Shown here piece after piece: positions 1 through 12,179 of a stretch of 64,000 bases of DNA. This DNA comes from Octopus sinensis. Taxonomy: Eukaryota. A program made the position numbers and the translations under genes. The stretch spans positions 10,292,001-10,356,000 of the forward strand of contig NC_043024.1 in assembly GCF_006345805.1 (NCBI RefSeq). The letters run 5' to 3'. The notes under the pieces were generated by a model that worked only from the letters and a program-made list of their open reading frames with translations, was not told the DNA's origin and made no database searches. How positions within the stretch are numbered: the first letter of the stretch is position 1; each line of letters opens with the position of its first letter.

Positions 1-1985
1 ACAGTATACCGCATCCATGGATCTTGAGATCGCTGGACATCTTCAAAATTTCCCCTGTGATTTCAAACTTCCTGAAGCACAATATGTCGTTGTGGAATAC
101 GAATCTCCAATTATACCACTCTAATGGAGTACTTGCCTCAGAAAATATAAACATCAACTGTGGAATTTTTCAAGGTGACTCACTTTCACCTTTAATATTC
201 TGCATAGCCCTAATACCCCTTACAAGTGAATTAAACAGAACAGGGTATGGGTATAAAATTGCCAATAAAAAAATAAGCCATCTATTTTATATGGATGACT
301 TAAAACTTTATGGTAAAAACAATAATCATTCAGCGATGACATCGGGATGGAGTTTGGACTTGAGAAGTGTACCAAGGCCACTTTCCAGAAAGGGAAAGTG
401 AAGACCACAAATTCAGTCGTGTTAGATGTTGACACAGTCATAAGAGAGCTTGAGCAAGAACAAACATACAAATATTTAGGGATAAATGAAGGCTCTGGTA
501 TTCAGCATGCCAGCATGAAAGAAAAATCAGGAAGGAATGTTATAGGAGAGTTCGTGCAGTCCTGAAATCTGAACTAAATGCATAAACAAGGTGTTAGCTA
601 TAAATTCCCTAGCAGTTCCAGTTGTTACTTATAGCTACAATGTGTTGAACTGGAATATGAGTGAAGTAAAGAATATAGATAGAAAAATACGCAAGCTGCT
701 GAGTTGTAATAGGATGCACCACCCAAAGCAGACGTAGATCACCTTTACCTTCCCAGAGCCCAAGGAGGTCGAGGCCTGATCCAATTTGAACTAGCTTACA
801 AAACAACCACAATTGGACTGGCCAAATATCTCGAATATCGAATGACTGGATGCTAAAGCTCGTGGAAAATCACGAGAGACGAAAGAAGCTTCATTCTATC
901 ATCAAGGAAAGCAAAAAATTTGCTATTGATCTCGTGCAGGATACCCAAACTGAACAACCCGAGGGAAGTACGGCAACTATTGTTGCAAAGAAGGTGAAAA
1001 TGATGGCAATGAAGAAAGCGCACGAGCAATTGGCTGATAGGTGGGAGGAGAAACCTCTGCACGGCAAATATGTGACCCGCAGCAAACAAGCTGATGTTGA
1101 CCAGAAGCAAACCCATCAGTGGCTACGGAGCTCAGGGCTAAAAGCAGACAGCGAAGGTTTCATCCTGGCTGCTCAAGATCAAAGCCTATTAACCCGGAAC
1201 TACCAGGCCAATGTGATGAAAAATTGAGCAGACCCAAAATGCCGATTCTGCAACGACATGATTGAAACAGTGGACCACCTAATCTCTGGATGTAAAGTCT
1301 TAGCACCAGTGGAGTATAAATTAAGACATGACAGAGTTGGCCAATATCTCCACTGGCTAATAAGTCGGCATTACAATATCAAAACTGCCGACAAGTGGTA
1401 TAATCACCACCCTGAGGCTGTAACTGAAGGAGAAAATGTAACCATTCTGTGGGACTTTCCAGTACATACAGACCGAACCATCAAGGCCAATAAACCAGAT
1501 ATTGTTGTGAAAGACCAAAACAATAAAGTTTGCTTATTGATCGACATGAGCATCCCCTGTGATCATAATATCTCAGCGAAAGAGTTTGACAAGCTCAGAA
1601 AATATAAAGACCTACTCATTGAAATTGAGAAAATGTGGCATCTCAAGGCGGTTACAATACCAGTGATCGTAGGAGCACTAGGAATGATCAAGAAGGGAAC
1701 CGAAAATTATATGAGAATGATCCCTGGCTTACCATCCCTGCAAGAAGTGCAAAAGATTGTCTTAACTGGTACATCACACGTATTGAGAAGAGCATTGTCG
1801 ATGTGAGAACTGTTGCTGCTCATGTATTTTAATTTAACTTTAAAAAAAAAAAAAAAAAAATTAACGAACTACTGAGTTTGGTTTAATGGCCTACCAATAT
1901 ACACTATGAGTTTCTTTGCCCTAGGAGTCGGGAAGACACACGGCAAGAAATGGAAGAAATTTGAAAGAAGAAAAAAAAAAAATAA
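1..1985 (+). mobile_element. Degenerate REL-endonuclease non-LTR retrotransposon (R4/Dong-like), 3' portion: RT, CCHC knuckle, REL domain, 3' UTR, poly(A)/(TAA)n tail
   Basis: RT motifs GIFQGDSLSPL and FYMDDLKLY (24-401); CRFC...ETVDHLISGC; RHD; NKPDIVV...LIDMSIP...K..KY REL core (1258-1806). Broken by a deletion/frameshifts and an in-frame TGA at 1225-1227. Followed by an A-run and (TAA)n. Confidence 0.88.
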
Positions 1986-1989
1986 TAAC

Positions 1990-2023
<34 letters not shown>

Positions 2024-2026
<3 letters not shown>

Positions 2027-2500
2027 GATCAGACAAAAAAGGATGTGTTTATTAATTGACATGAGTATTCCTTGTGATCACAATATAGCGGCGAAAGAAT
2101 TTGACACGATTAGTAAATATAAAGACTTGCTAATAGAAATTGAAAAAATGTGGCATCTCAAGGCGACTACAGTACCAGTGATTGTAGGGATCTCAGGGAA
2201 TGATAAAAAAAAGGTATTGAAACCTATCTGAAAATGATTCCAGGCTTACCATCCCTTCAGGAAGTGCAAAAAATCGTATTAACTGGAAAGGCTCATGTAC
2301 TGAGAAGAGCTTTATCGCTGTGAAAACAACATCCATCCATGAATTTATTTATTTATTAATTTTTAAATACATATTTTATCTGTGAATTTGCGTGTGTAAT
2401 CTGGGAATGCATACAATGAGCTTCTCTGCCCTAGGTGTATGGAAAACACTCGGCGAGAAACGGAAGAAAATTTGGAGAAAGAAGGAAAAGACATAATAAT
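2024..2500 (+). mobile_element. Second, diverged 5'-truncated R4/Dong-like 3' fragment
   Basis: CLLIDMSIPCDHNIAAKEFDTISKYKDLLIEIEKMW is paralogous to 1528-1640; frameshifted; similar 3' UTR; ends in (TAA)n. Confidence 0.85.
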
Positions 2501-2504
2501 AATG

Positions 2505-2544
<40 letters not shown>

Positions 2545-2555
<11 letters not shown>

Positions 2556-3050
2556 TTGTTTTGTCTTGGTATAAAAGATGGGCTACAGCAAATATTCTGC
2601 TCAATACCACAGATTTGCTTGTCAGTAGTTTGACCTTAACCAGTTGAACATGTCCCTTAGTGGCTGACGATATGTGCATCTCTGATCACGAGCAGAAGTA
2701 GTGGGGGAGCATCATAGCCATGTGATGAGAGGGTTTCTTTGGAGTTTGAATAATTCACTTCTGGAAACATGGGTGGTTCTTTCAACATCCTTAAACAACC
2801 CTTATTCAGGGACCTTTTGAGAGGGATGGGCTACTCGACCAGAAGAAAATTCTAAACTGGGCTCCACCTGCAAGGTCATGCGCTGTTTATCTTGATATGA
2901 GATCACCATGTCGCGCACATATGGTTGTGATGCATGTGCCTGGTGTACCCTTATCATACGGGTAGTCATGATGAGTATATTGGGCTTTGTATATTTTACC
3001 CCAGTGTCACTTTGATGGCATGCACTGCTCTCTCACTCAATAATAATAAG
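2545..3050 (+). mobile_element. Non-coding repeat flanked by (TAA)n; other copies at 32535-33160 (-) and 46021-47100 (+)
   Basis: Near-identical sequence at several loci (e.g. gtcttggtataaaagatgggctacagcaaatattctgctcaataccacag), always abutting TAA runs. No ORF or TIR seen. Confidence 0.75.
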
Positions 3051-3069
3051 AAGAAGAAGATAGAGAAAT

Positions 3070-3500
3070 TAACGCCAATAGGCCAGATATAGTTGTCAGA
3101 GATCATGAAGAAAAAAAATGTTTTCTAATTGATGTATCAATACCGGCAGATGACAACATGTCTCTAAAAGAAATGGAGAAACTCTCAAAATACAAAGACC
3201 TGGAAATAGAGGTAACTAGAATGTGGAATTTGAAAACAGAGACAATTCCTATCATAGTAGGCGCATTAGACATGATAAAAAAAATATTCAGACAAATACA
3301 TAACAAAAACACCAGGACTTACAAACACATATAACATACAGAAAATTGCACTACTAGGCACTGCACACATCCTACGCAGAACACTTTCCATACAATAACG
3401 ATCAGAGCATCACAACAAATCACAGCACATACCCAAGGCACACAGAGCTGCGCTCAGTAGTGAAGTGAAAGCACGATATAAAAATAAAACTACTGAATAA
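3070..3500 (+). mobile_element. Third R4/Dong-like 3' fragment (different subfamily)
   Basis: Translates to FLIDVSIPADDNMSLKEMEKLSKYKDLEIEVTRMWNLKTETIPIIVGAL (REL C-terminus); ends in (TAA)n. Confidence 0.82.
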
Positions 3501-3510
3501 TAATAATAAT

Positions 3511-3543
<33 letters not shown>

Positions 3544-3646
3544 AATAATAACAATAACAACAATAATAATATAATAATAAAAATAATAATAATAATAACA
3601 TAACAACAATAATAATAATAATAATAATAATAATAACCATAACAAC

Positions 3647-3681
<35 letters not shown>

Positions 3682-3835
3682 TAACAACAATAATAATAAT
3701 AATAATATAATAATAATAATAACAATAACAACAATAATAATAATAATAACCATAACAACAATAATAATAATGATAATAATAATAATAATAATAATAACAA
3801 TAATAATAATAATAATAATAATAATGATAATAATA
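3495..3835. repeat. (TAA/CAA)n compound microsatellite
   Basis: Direct reading; explains the poly-I/L/Y ORFs. Confidence 0.95.
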
Positions 3836-4262
3836 TTTATATATATATATATGTATGTGTGTGTATATGTCTGTGTGTCTGTGTTTGTTCCCCCAACATT
3901 GCTTGACAACCGATGCTGGTGTGTTTACGTACGTCCCTGTAACTTAGCGGTTCGGCAAAAGGGACCGATAGAATAAGTACTAGGCTTACAAAAAGAATAA
4001 GTCCCGGGGTCGATTTGCTTGACTAAAGGCGGTGCTCCAGCATGGCCACAGTCAAATGACTGAAACAAGTAAAAAAGTAAAAAGTAATAGTGCTCATGCA
4101 GTTTCACATATAAGCGCCTTTCGGTGCCACCTAAAAGTGCCTCTGTGGAGCCACGTAAAAACACCCAGCACACTCTGTAAAGTGGTTGGTGTTAGGAAGG
4201 GCACCTGGCTGTAGAAACCTTGCCAAATCAAGCTGGAGTCTGGTGCAGCCCCATCCCAGCTT

Positions 4263-4566
4263 GGAGGCACATGGCCTAGTGGTTAGAGCAGTGGACTTGT
4301 GGTCGAGGGATCGCGGGTTCGAATCTCAGACTGGGTGATGTGTGTGTTTATGAGTGAAACACCTAAGCTCCATGTGGCTCCGGCAGAAGGTAATGACGAA
4401 CTTCTACTGACTCTTTCGCCACAACCCTCTCTCACTCTTTCCTTCTGTCTCTTGCTGCTCACCTGCGACAGACCGGCGTCCCGTCCAGGTGGGGAATCTA
4501 TATGCCAAGGAAACCAAGAAACTGGCCCTTATGAGTCAGGCATGGCTCGAGAAGGAACAAAACAAC
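4263..4566 (+). mobile_element. tRNA-headed SINE with V-domain-like core; similar copies at 27289-27565 and 36918-37230
   Basis: A box tggcctagtgg, B box ggttcgaatc, core ctgcgacagaccggcgtcccgtccagg resembling the V-SINE domain (from memory). Confidence 0.7.
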
Positions 4567-4839
4567 CCCAGCTCTGGTCATACTGTCCAACCCATGCCAG
4601 CATGGACAAACGGACGTTAAATGGGGATGATGACAAATAAAAACATAGCAAACACCACTGACCGCAAACACCTATACAACAATCGTAGCTCTTACCTGCA
4701 TTTAAGTTTGATATGAGGAAAACCAAGAGAAAATTCCAGGTGAGAAGGAAACCGTGTTGTCTGGATTCCATGTTCGGTTTGGACAGAGACACACAGACAG
4801 ACAGATAGACCAAGCGATGGGGAGTAGGCACAGGTTGCG

Positions 4840-5700
4840 GTATTGGTGATGGTGCTGCTGGTGGTGGTTGTGGTGATGCAGGTAGCAGCAGTAGCCACAG
4901 CAGCAGCAGCAGTTGTAGTGAGAGCGGTGGTGGTGGCGGCAGAAGTGATGGTGATAGTTGTGATAGCGGTGGTGGTGGTTTTGGTGGAGGCAGCAGTGGT
5001 GGTGGTGGCAGTAGTTGTGATGGTTGTGGGTGGTTGTGGGTGGTTGTGGTGGTTGTGGTGATAGTGATGATATTAATGGTGGTGGTGGTGGTGGTGGTGG
5101 TGTTACTTATGCAGGTGGAGACTAGTTATAGTCATGGTTATGATGATGGTGATGGTGGTGGTAGTAGTAGTAGTAGTAGTGGTGGTGGTGGTGGTGGTGC
5201 TACTGCTGGTGTTGGTGGTGCTAGTGGTGGTGGTGCTGGTGGTGGTGGTGCTAGTGGTGATGATGGTGGTGGTGGTGGTGCTGGTGCTGGTGGTGGTGAT
5301 GGTACAGGTGGTAGTGGTGGTGGTGGTGGTAGTGGCAGTAGTGGTGGTGGTTTACTGATGTGGGTGGAAACTGGTTTATAGCTGTGATTGTCATGCTGTT
5401 GGTAATGATGATGATGGTGATGATGATGATGATGATGATGATGAGGAGGAGGAGGAAGCTGGTGTCGATAGTGGAGATGGTGGTGGTGGTGGTGGTGATG
5501 GGGTTAGCAGTTGTGGTGGTGGTGGTGGTGGGGAGGACACTGGTGATTGTAAACAGAGGTGCAGCATTGCAGGTGAGTGTATTGCAGGGGACACATCTAG
5601 TGGTCAATGGCTGTGGTCAGTGGATGTGGTGTAGAAGGGGGATACGGTGGTGGGGATGGTGGTGGTGGTGGTGTGGTGGTGGTGGTGGTGGCGGTCTTCA
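4840..5700. repeat. (GGT/GAT/AGT)n low-complexity trinucleotide tract
   Basis: Direct reading; source of poly-V/G/M ORFs. Confidence 0.9.
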
Positions 5701-5801
5701 GATTAGTAAAGATAAATGGCATAGGTAGGTGCGGTAGCGCTTTATTAATATTGGTGCAATTATCAGTGAGAACTGATAATTGTTGCTGCATGTATAAATA
5801 C

Positions 5802-5832
<31 letters not shown>

Positions 5833-5833
5833 T

Positions 5834-5867
<34 letters not shown>

Positions 5868-5889
5868 TTTGCATATGTATATATATATA

Positions 5890-6140
5890 GATACCGGAGT
5901 AAACACATAAATGTGAAACAAGGTGGAAAAAAGAGTACTCAAATACCAGGGGTAGAGTAATATACTTTATTTAAAAGCAGCAGAAATTCAACAAAACCTG
6001 TTACTCGGAGTTTCACGTTCCCGTTCGTCGGACAGTTTTGTTAAAAAAAAAACAAAAAAAAACTGTCCGACGAACGGGAACATGAAAGTCCGAGTAACAG
6101 GTTTTGTTGAATTTCTGCTGCTTTTAAATAAAGTATATAT
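5890..6140 (-). mobile_element. Penelope-like terminal fragment in inverted arrangement with a minimal hammerhead motif
   Basis: About 85-bp inverted arms. The - strand reads ctgt-ccgacga-acg(ggaa)cgt-gaaa-ctc(c)gag-ta-acag, followed by AATAAA. Confidence 0.6.
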
Positions 6141-6167
6141 ATAGAGAGATAGATATATAGATATATA

Positions 6168-6430
6168 TCATCATCATTATCATCATCGTTTAGCGTCCGC
6201 TTTCCATGCTAACATGGGTTGGATGGTTCAACTGGGGTCTGGGAAGCCAGAAGGCTGCACCAGACTCCAATCTGATCTGGCAATGTTTCTATGGCTGGAT
6301 GCCCTTCCTAACGCCAACCACTCCGTGAGTGTAGTGAATGCTTTTTACATGTCACTGGCACAGGGGCCAGGGGAGGCTGGCAAACATCCACGATCGGTTG
6401 GTGCTTTTTACGTGCCACCGACACGGACGC
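6168..6430 (-). mobile_element. RTE-type LINE 3' end with (GAT)n tail; representative of more than 20 copies in the window
   Basis: Conserved ...gcatggaaagcggacgttaaacgatgatg tail. The same 3' UTR family is preceded by RTE ORF C-terminal codons elsewhere (LWQYAALQKTHQAK* ending 61940; RYAVTAKTRQIM* near 23145). Confidence 0.8.
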
Positions 6431-6490
6431 CAGTCAGGCGGCGCTATATATATATATATATTATATATAATATATTATATATATATATAT

Positions 6491-6526
6491 ACTAGCTGAA
6501 GGTGATCCGCTCTACGCGCGGGTAAG
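6491..6526 (-). mobile_element. Helitron 3' end fragment
   Basis: - strand ccgcgcgtagagcgg hairpin followed by ...CTAG|T. Confidence 0.55.
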
Positions 6527-8784
6527 AGTGTGGTTGTTACTTTCTGTTTCTTCCTTTCAGCATGTAAAAAGCACCATCCGAACGTGGCCGATTGCAGCGC
6601 ACCTTGACTTGATTCTGTGCCGGTGGCACGTAAAAAGCACCAACTGATCGTTGTCGGAGCGAGCCCCCCTGGCACGAAAAAAGCACCCACTACAATCACA
6701 GAGTGGTTGGCGTTAGGAAGGTCGTCCACCTGTAGAAACACTGCCAGATCAGACTGGTGCCTGGTGCAGCCTCCTGGCTTCCCAGACCCCGGTCACACTG
6801 TCCAACCCGTGCTAGCAAGGAAAACGGACGTTAAACGATGATGATGATGATGATTCTCCGTCTTTGTTTCTCTCTCCTTTCTCTCTCACTTTCCCACTCT
6901 CTTACTTTTCTTTTCTCTCGGACTCTCCCTCGCTTTCTCTTACTCTCTATCTTTATCTATCTCTCTCCCATTTATAAACAACAGAAGATCTTGAGTAAGT
7001 TGAGAAATAAAATATTTAGAAAGATCAATCATAAATATCAGGCAGTGGCAACGGAAAGGTCTGCTTCAAGGCAGACAGCAAAACACTAACATTTAAAAGG
7101 GACAGACGAACTTGCGAGCTGAATAAAAATAATAAAATATTGGAAACCAAAGTTTGAAGGGATAGAATCTGAGGATAGTAGAGTCACCATGGCTGGCATT
7201 TCTTAACGACAGACAGCAACGTATTGACAGTTTAACGGCTTGCGTAAAATTTTGAACATGATGTAAAAGAAAATTCGTAAACACCAAGTTTTGAAGTGAT
7301 TCTTCCTCACGACAGTAGACTCACGATGGCAAGCATTCAAAACTTCTTTATCATGGACGGCAACACATTGACGATTAAAAGGCTGGCGCAAATTTTTTAG
7401 CTTGATGTAACAGAGAATTCATAAACACCCGCTCCTTGAAATTTTAATCCCCTTCCAGCCCCATTTAGACCCCTTTTCACATTTTGGTTAATATAACCCG
7501 ATTTCATTTGGGTCTACTGGGGCCACATTTTATAAGATGAGGAATTTTGTCCTAGACGTGACACCTTTCATTTGAGGAAAAAAATAGTTGTCATGCAAAC
7601 TTGCCAGCACTTTTAACATAGGTGTGCATATTTTCAGCTGAATCAACCAACTACGTAATGCACACATTATATATATATATGTATATATATATGTGTGTGT
7701 GTGTGTGCACGCATTATATATACAAATGTATACAAATGAGATATATATCTGTATAAATTAAATTAGAGATAAAACCACTAATAGGCAAATCAAACAGTGA
7801 AAAACCAAAAACAAAAACATAAAAAAAAATATAATATATAAAATATATAAAATATAAAATTGAAAAATTTAAATTATTTAAATTGAAAATAAAAATTATT
7901 AAATTATATTTATAATTTGTTTAAAAATATATATAACTATGAAAAAGTATGAAAAAGTTTAATATACATAAATACAGATATATACACTTTGTATATATAC
8001 ATTATATATACATATTTATATATAGAACACACACACACACACATAAATGAACGCAAGAATATCTGATTCATAATATTTGTTCTCATGCTCGTGTGTTGTT
8101 GGTGACAGACAGATACATAAAAGAACGCCGAAGTGATGGGAAGGTAGGAAACAGAGTGAGTGAAAAAGAGAGGAAATAGCGAGAGTGAGTTTAGGAATAT
8201 ACATTAAATAACGGGAGTGGAATTGTCAAAGTTTTAAATGAAGGGGAGTGAGAGGGTAATGGAGGAAATAGCGTGAGTGAGGAAGATGGCCCCTAGCAAC
8301 CACACCTTTTAAGATAGGGATTTCTAAGGTAGCCCACGGGCATCGTCACCTCATTCTACATGTCCCTGTAAATTTTGGAGCGAATCGGACGAGATGTAGT
8401 GGCATTGAAAGCGATCCAAGCAGTAAAAACGCATTTCAGTTTTATATATAGAGATATATATATATATATTTACATATATACATATATATGTATATATATA
8501 TTTACATATTTGTATATATACATACATATGTCATCATCATCATTTAGCGTCCGTTTTCCATGCTAGCATGGGTTGGGGTCTGGGAAGCCAGGAGGCTGTG
8601 CCAGGCTCCAGTCTGATCTGGCAGCGTTTCTACAGCTGGATGCCCTTGCTAACACCAACCACTCCGTGAGAGTAGTGGGTGCTTTTTATGTGCCACCGGC
8701 ACTGGTGCCAGACGGGGCTGGCAAACGGCCACAGTTGGATGGTGGTTTTTACGTGCCACCGGCAATATACATATATATACATAC

Positions 8785-8821
<37 letters not shown>

Positions 8822-9834
8822 AAAGTATGCGATTGAGTATTATCTGGTAATTGATATTTGATTTAGATGTATTTCTCCATTTTCTTATCTTGTATTATTA
8901 ATTTGTGGTAAATCATTTTACCTTTGCCCATATAATACAGTAAATGAATTGATTGCATCACAATCCTTAACATTTATGTATTAACTTTGTTGGGTACTTC
9001 ACTAGCAGTATATTGGATATATGTTATCCCATGGAGGGTTGCATTTACAACCCCTATCTCAATTTGTATATATATATATATGTATATAAAATGAGATAGG
9101 GGTTGAAAATTCAACCCACCATGGGATAATATATATCCAATATACTGCTAGATAGGTACCCAACAAAATTAATACATAGATGTTAAAAATTGTCAAACAA
9201 TCAGTTCATCTATTGCATTATATGGGTAAAGGTAATAATATTACCGTAATTAATACTACAAAATTAGAGAATGGAGAAATATACTTAATCAGTAAAACAT
9301 CAACTATCCGATGATACTCAATCCATACTTTAATACACCATTACATATGAGTAAAGGCAATACATAAAATGAAATGAGATATACAGTAATAGTAAAAAGA
9401 TAAAGATCTTTTTTACTATTACTGTATATCTCATTTCATTTTATGTATTGCCTTTACTCATATGTAATGGTGTATTAAAGTATGGATTGAGTATCATCGG
9501 ATAGTTGATGTTTTACTGATTTAAGTATATTTCTCCATTCTCTAATTTTGTAGTATTAATATATATGTATAAATATTTATATATATGTATGTATATATAT
9601 ATATATATAGATATATATATATATATATATATAGTGAGAAATTGCAAAAAACAAAAGACAAAGGCGGGTGGTGTGTAAATAATAAACAGATGTATTAGTT
9701 TAACGCTCTTCGACAGAAAGGAACATAGAAATAAACAGGGAGAGAAACTAAAAGAGGTTTAGTGGCTAGCGATCTATCATGGCGAATATATATGTATATA
9801 CATATTTACACACACACACACACACATATATATT

Positions 9835-10220
9835 TTTGTGTCGGTGGCACGTAAAAGCACCATCCGTTCGTGTCCGTTGCCAGCATCACCTGGCCCCGTG
9901 CCGGTGACACATAAAAGCACCATCCGTTCATGGCCGTTGCCAGCATCGCCTGGCCCCGTGCCGGTGACACGTAAAAGCACCATCCGTTCATGGCCGTTGC
10001 CAGCATCGCCTGGCCCCGTGCCGGTGACACGTAAAAGCACCATCCGTTCGTGGCCGTTGCCAGCATCGCCTGGCCCCGTGCCGGTGACACGTAAAAGCAC
10101 CATCTGTTCGTGGCCGTTGCCAGCATCGCCTGGCCCCGTGCCGGTGACACGTAAAAGCACCATCCGTTCGTGGCCGTTTGCTAGGTCAGTCTGGCACCTG
10201 TGCAAGTGGCACGTAAAAAA
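9835..10220 (+). repeat. 60-bp minisatellite (about 5.5 copies) inside an RTE 3' UTR
   Basis: Unit aligns exactly with the 60-nt lines; continues into the RTE tail ending near 10385. Confidence 0.92.
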
Positions 10221-11057
10221 CACCCACTACACTCACGGAGTGGTTGGCGTTAGGAAGGGCATCCAGCCGTAGAAACACTGCCAGATCTGACTGGGCCTGA
10301 CGAAGCCTTCCAGCTTCACAGACCCCAGTTGAACCGTCCAACCCATGCTAGCATGGAAAGCGGACGTTAAATGATGATGATGATATAAATTAACAGAATG
10401 AGATAAAAAATCCAAGCCGGTGAAGGACAGACAAACAGATTAAGCTGATTACATCAACTCCAGTGTGAAACTGGTACTTAATTTATCGACCCCAAAAGGA
10501 TGAAAGGCAAAGTTGACCCCAGCGGAATATTATTGGAACTGGCCATTGCAAGATCTGCATCACAGAGGGAGCCAAAATTCTTAAGGACTATAATAAACCT
10601 GGCTTATTAAACAGCCATAAAGAAGTGTTTTCTAAATGTATCCACTTCAAGCGCTACTAACTGGAAAATTGGATTTCCCAGTTCACTAGTTAGGGCTCTT
10701 CAGGTCCATAAAGGTTTTCACCCCTCTGTCGTTACGTTCTGAGTTCAAATTCCACCGAAGTTGACTTTGCCTTTCATCCTTTCGGGGTCGATAAATTAAG
10801 TACCAGTTACGCACTGGGGTCGATACAATCCACTTAATCCGTTTGTCTGTCCTTGTTTGTCCTCTCTGTGTTTAGCCCCTTGTGGGTAGTAAAGAAATAA
10901 GAAACTGCAAGAGGCCCATGGTGTGTGTGTGTGTATGTGTATCTTTGCGTCAGTGTTTGTGCCCCACCACCGCTTGACAACCGATGTTGGTGTGTTTATG
11001 CCAACATAACATAGCAGTTCGCCAAAAATATACCGATAGAATAAGTAACAAGCTTAA

Positions 11058-11304
11058 GGTACTACTTAAGAAGAGTGGTCCCGGGGCGCGCACTCGCGTA
11101 CTCGTGCATCCGCGCTAGCTAGTCGTGACTTGTCGCTCCTTTGTGTTTTTTGCATTTTATTTACTTTGTGTAAAAACATAATTTATTTTGTATTTTATTT
11201 ACTTTGCTTGGTAGTCGTTGTAGGATCGACTAGTCACGACTAGCTAGCGCGGATGAGCGACTACGAGACTGCGCGGACCGGGACCACTCTTCTTAAGTAG
11301 TACC
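11058..11304. mobile_element. MITE with long TIRs (GGTACTAC...) and 9-bp TSD caagcttaa; Merlin- or Mutator-like
   Basis: caagcttaa at 11049-11057 and 11305-11313; ggtactacttaagaagagtggtcc / ggaccactcttcttaagtagtacc; interrupts a CORE-type SINE tail. Confidence 0.85.
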
Positions 11305-11416
11305 CAAGCTTAACAACAAATAAGTCCGAGGGTTGATTCATTCGAATAAAAAAAAAAGGCGGTGCACCAGCATGGCCGCAGTCTGATAACCATGAAAGAC
11401 AAAAGATAAAAGACAC

Positions 11417-12130
11417 GGCGTAACTTCGGTATAGGTACTGGAAGTACCCGATGTATTTCAAGAAAGTGTTTTTTTTTAATATTTATGGAAATTCTAAAGA
11501 ATACATAGGGTTAGGGGTGGGAGAAAAGGGTTTCTTTTATCTTCAGAAATGTAAACAAAGCCACTTCCGGGATACTACAAGCGAACAGTGGTCCCGGTGC
11601 GCGCACTCGCGCATCCTCGCCAGCTAGTCGTAAGTAGTCGATCCTAAAATTTTTTTAAACTAAGTAAATAAATTATTTTTATAAACAAACTAGGGTTTGG
11701 GTTAAAAAGCCGCTGTAGGATCGACTACTTACGACTAGCTAGCGCAGATGCGCGAGTGCGCGCACCGGGACCACTGTTCGCTAGTAGTACCCAGTTCCGG
11801 TACTTATACCGAAGGATCGCCAGAGACATAATCCAAGACCAGGTTGTGGTGCACCTGAGCACTGTATACAATAATTTCATTATGCGCGAGTGCGCGCACC
11901 GGGACCACTGTTCGCTGGTAGTACCCAGTTCCGGTATTTACGGTACTTATACCGAAGGATCGCCAGAGACATAATCCAAGACCCCGTTGTAGGATCGACT
12001 ACTTACGCCTAGCTAGCGCAGATGCGCGAGTGAGCGCACCGGGACCACTGTTCGCTTGTAGTAGTACCCAGTTCCGGTACTTACGGTACGTATACCGAAA
12101 GATCGCCTCGCCAGAGACATAATCCAAGAC
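11417..12130. mobile_element. GGCG-ended MITE with a GGTAC-type MITE nested in its right TIR; composite right end repeated three times
   Basis: Outer TIRs ggcgtaacttcggtatagg / tataccgaaggatcgcc; inner element flanked by cacttccgg / cagttccgg (9-bp TSD, 1 mismatch). Confidence 0.75.
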
Positions 12131-12179
12131 CCATAAATCGAAAAACCAAAAAAAAAAAGAATGAAAAGTTCCGCCCGGA

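Noticed and set aside
24-1806. Active retrotransposon ORF
   Set aside because: Deletion, frameshifts and an in-frame stop at 1225-1227; 5' part lies outside the window.
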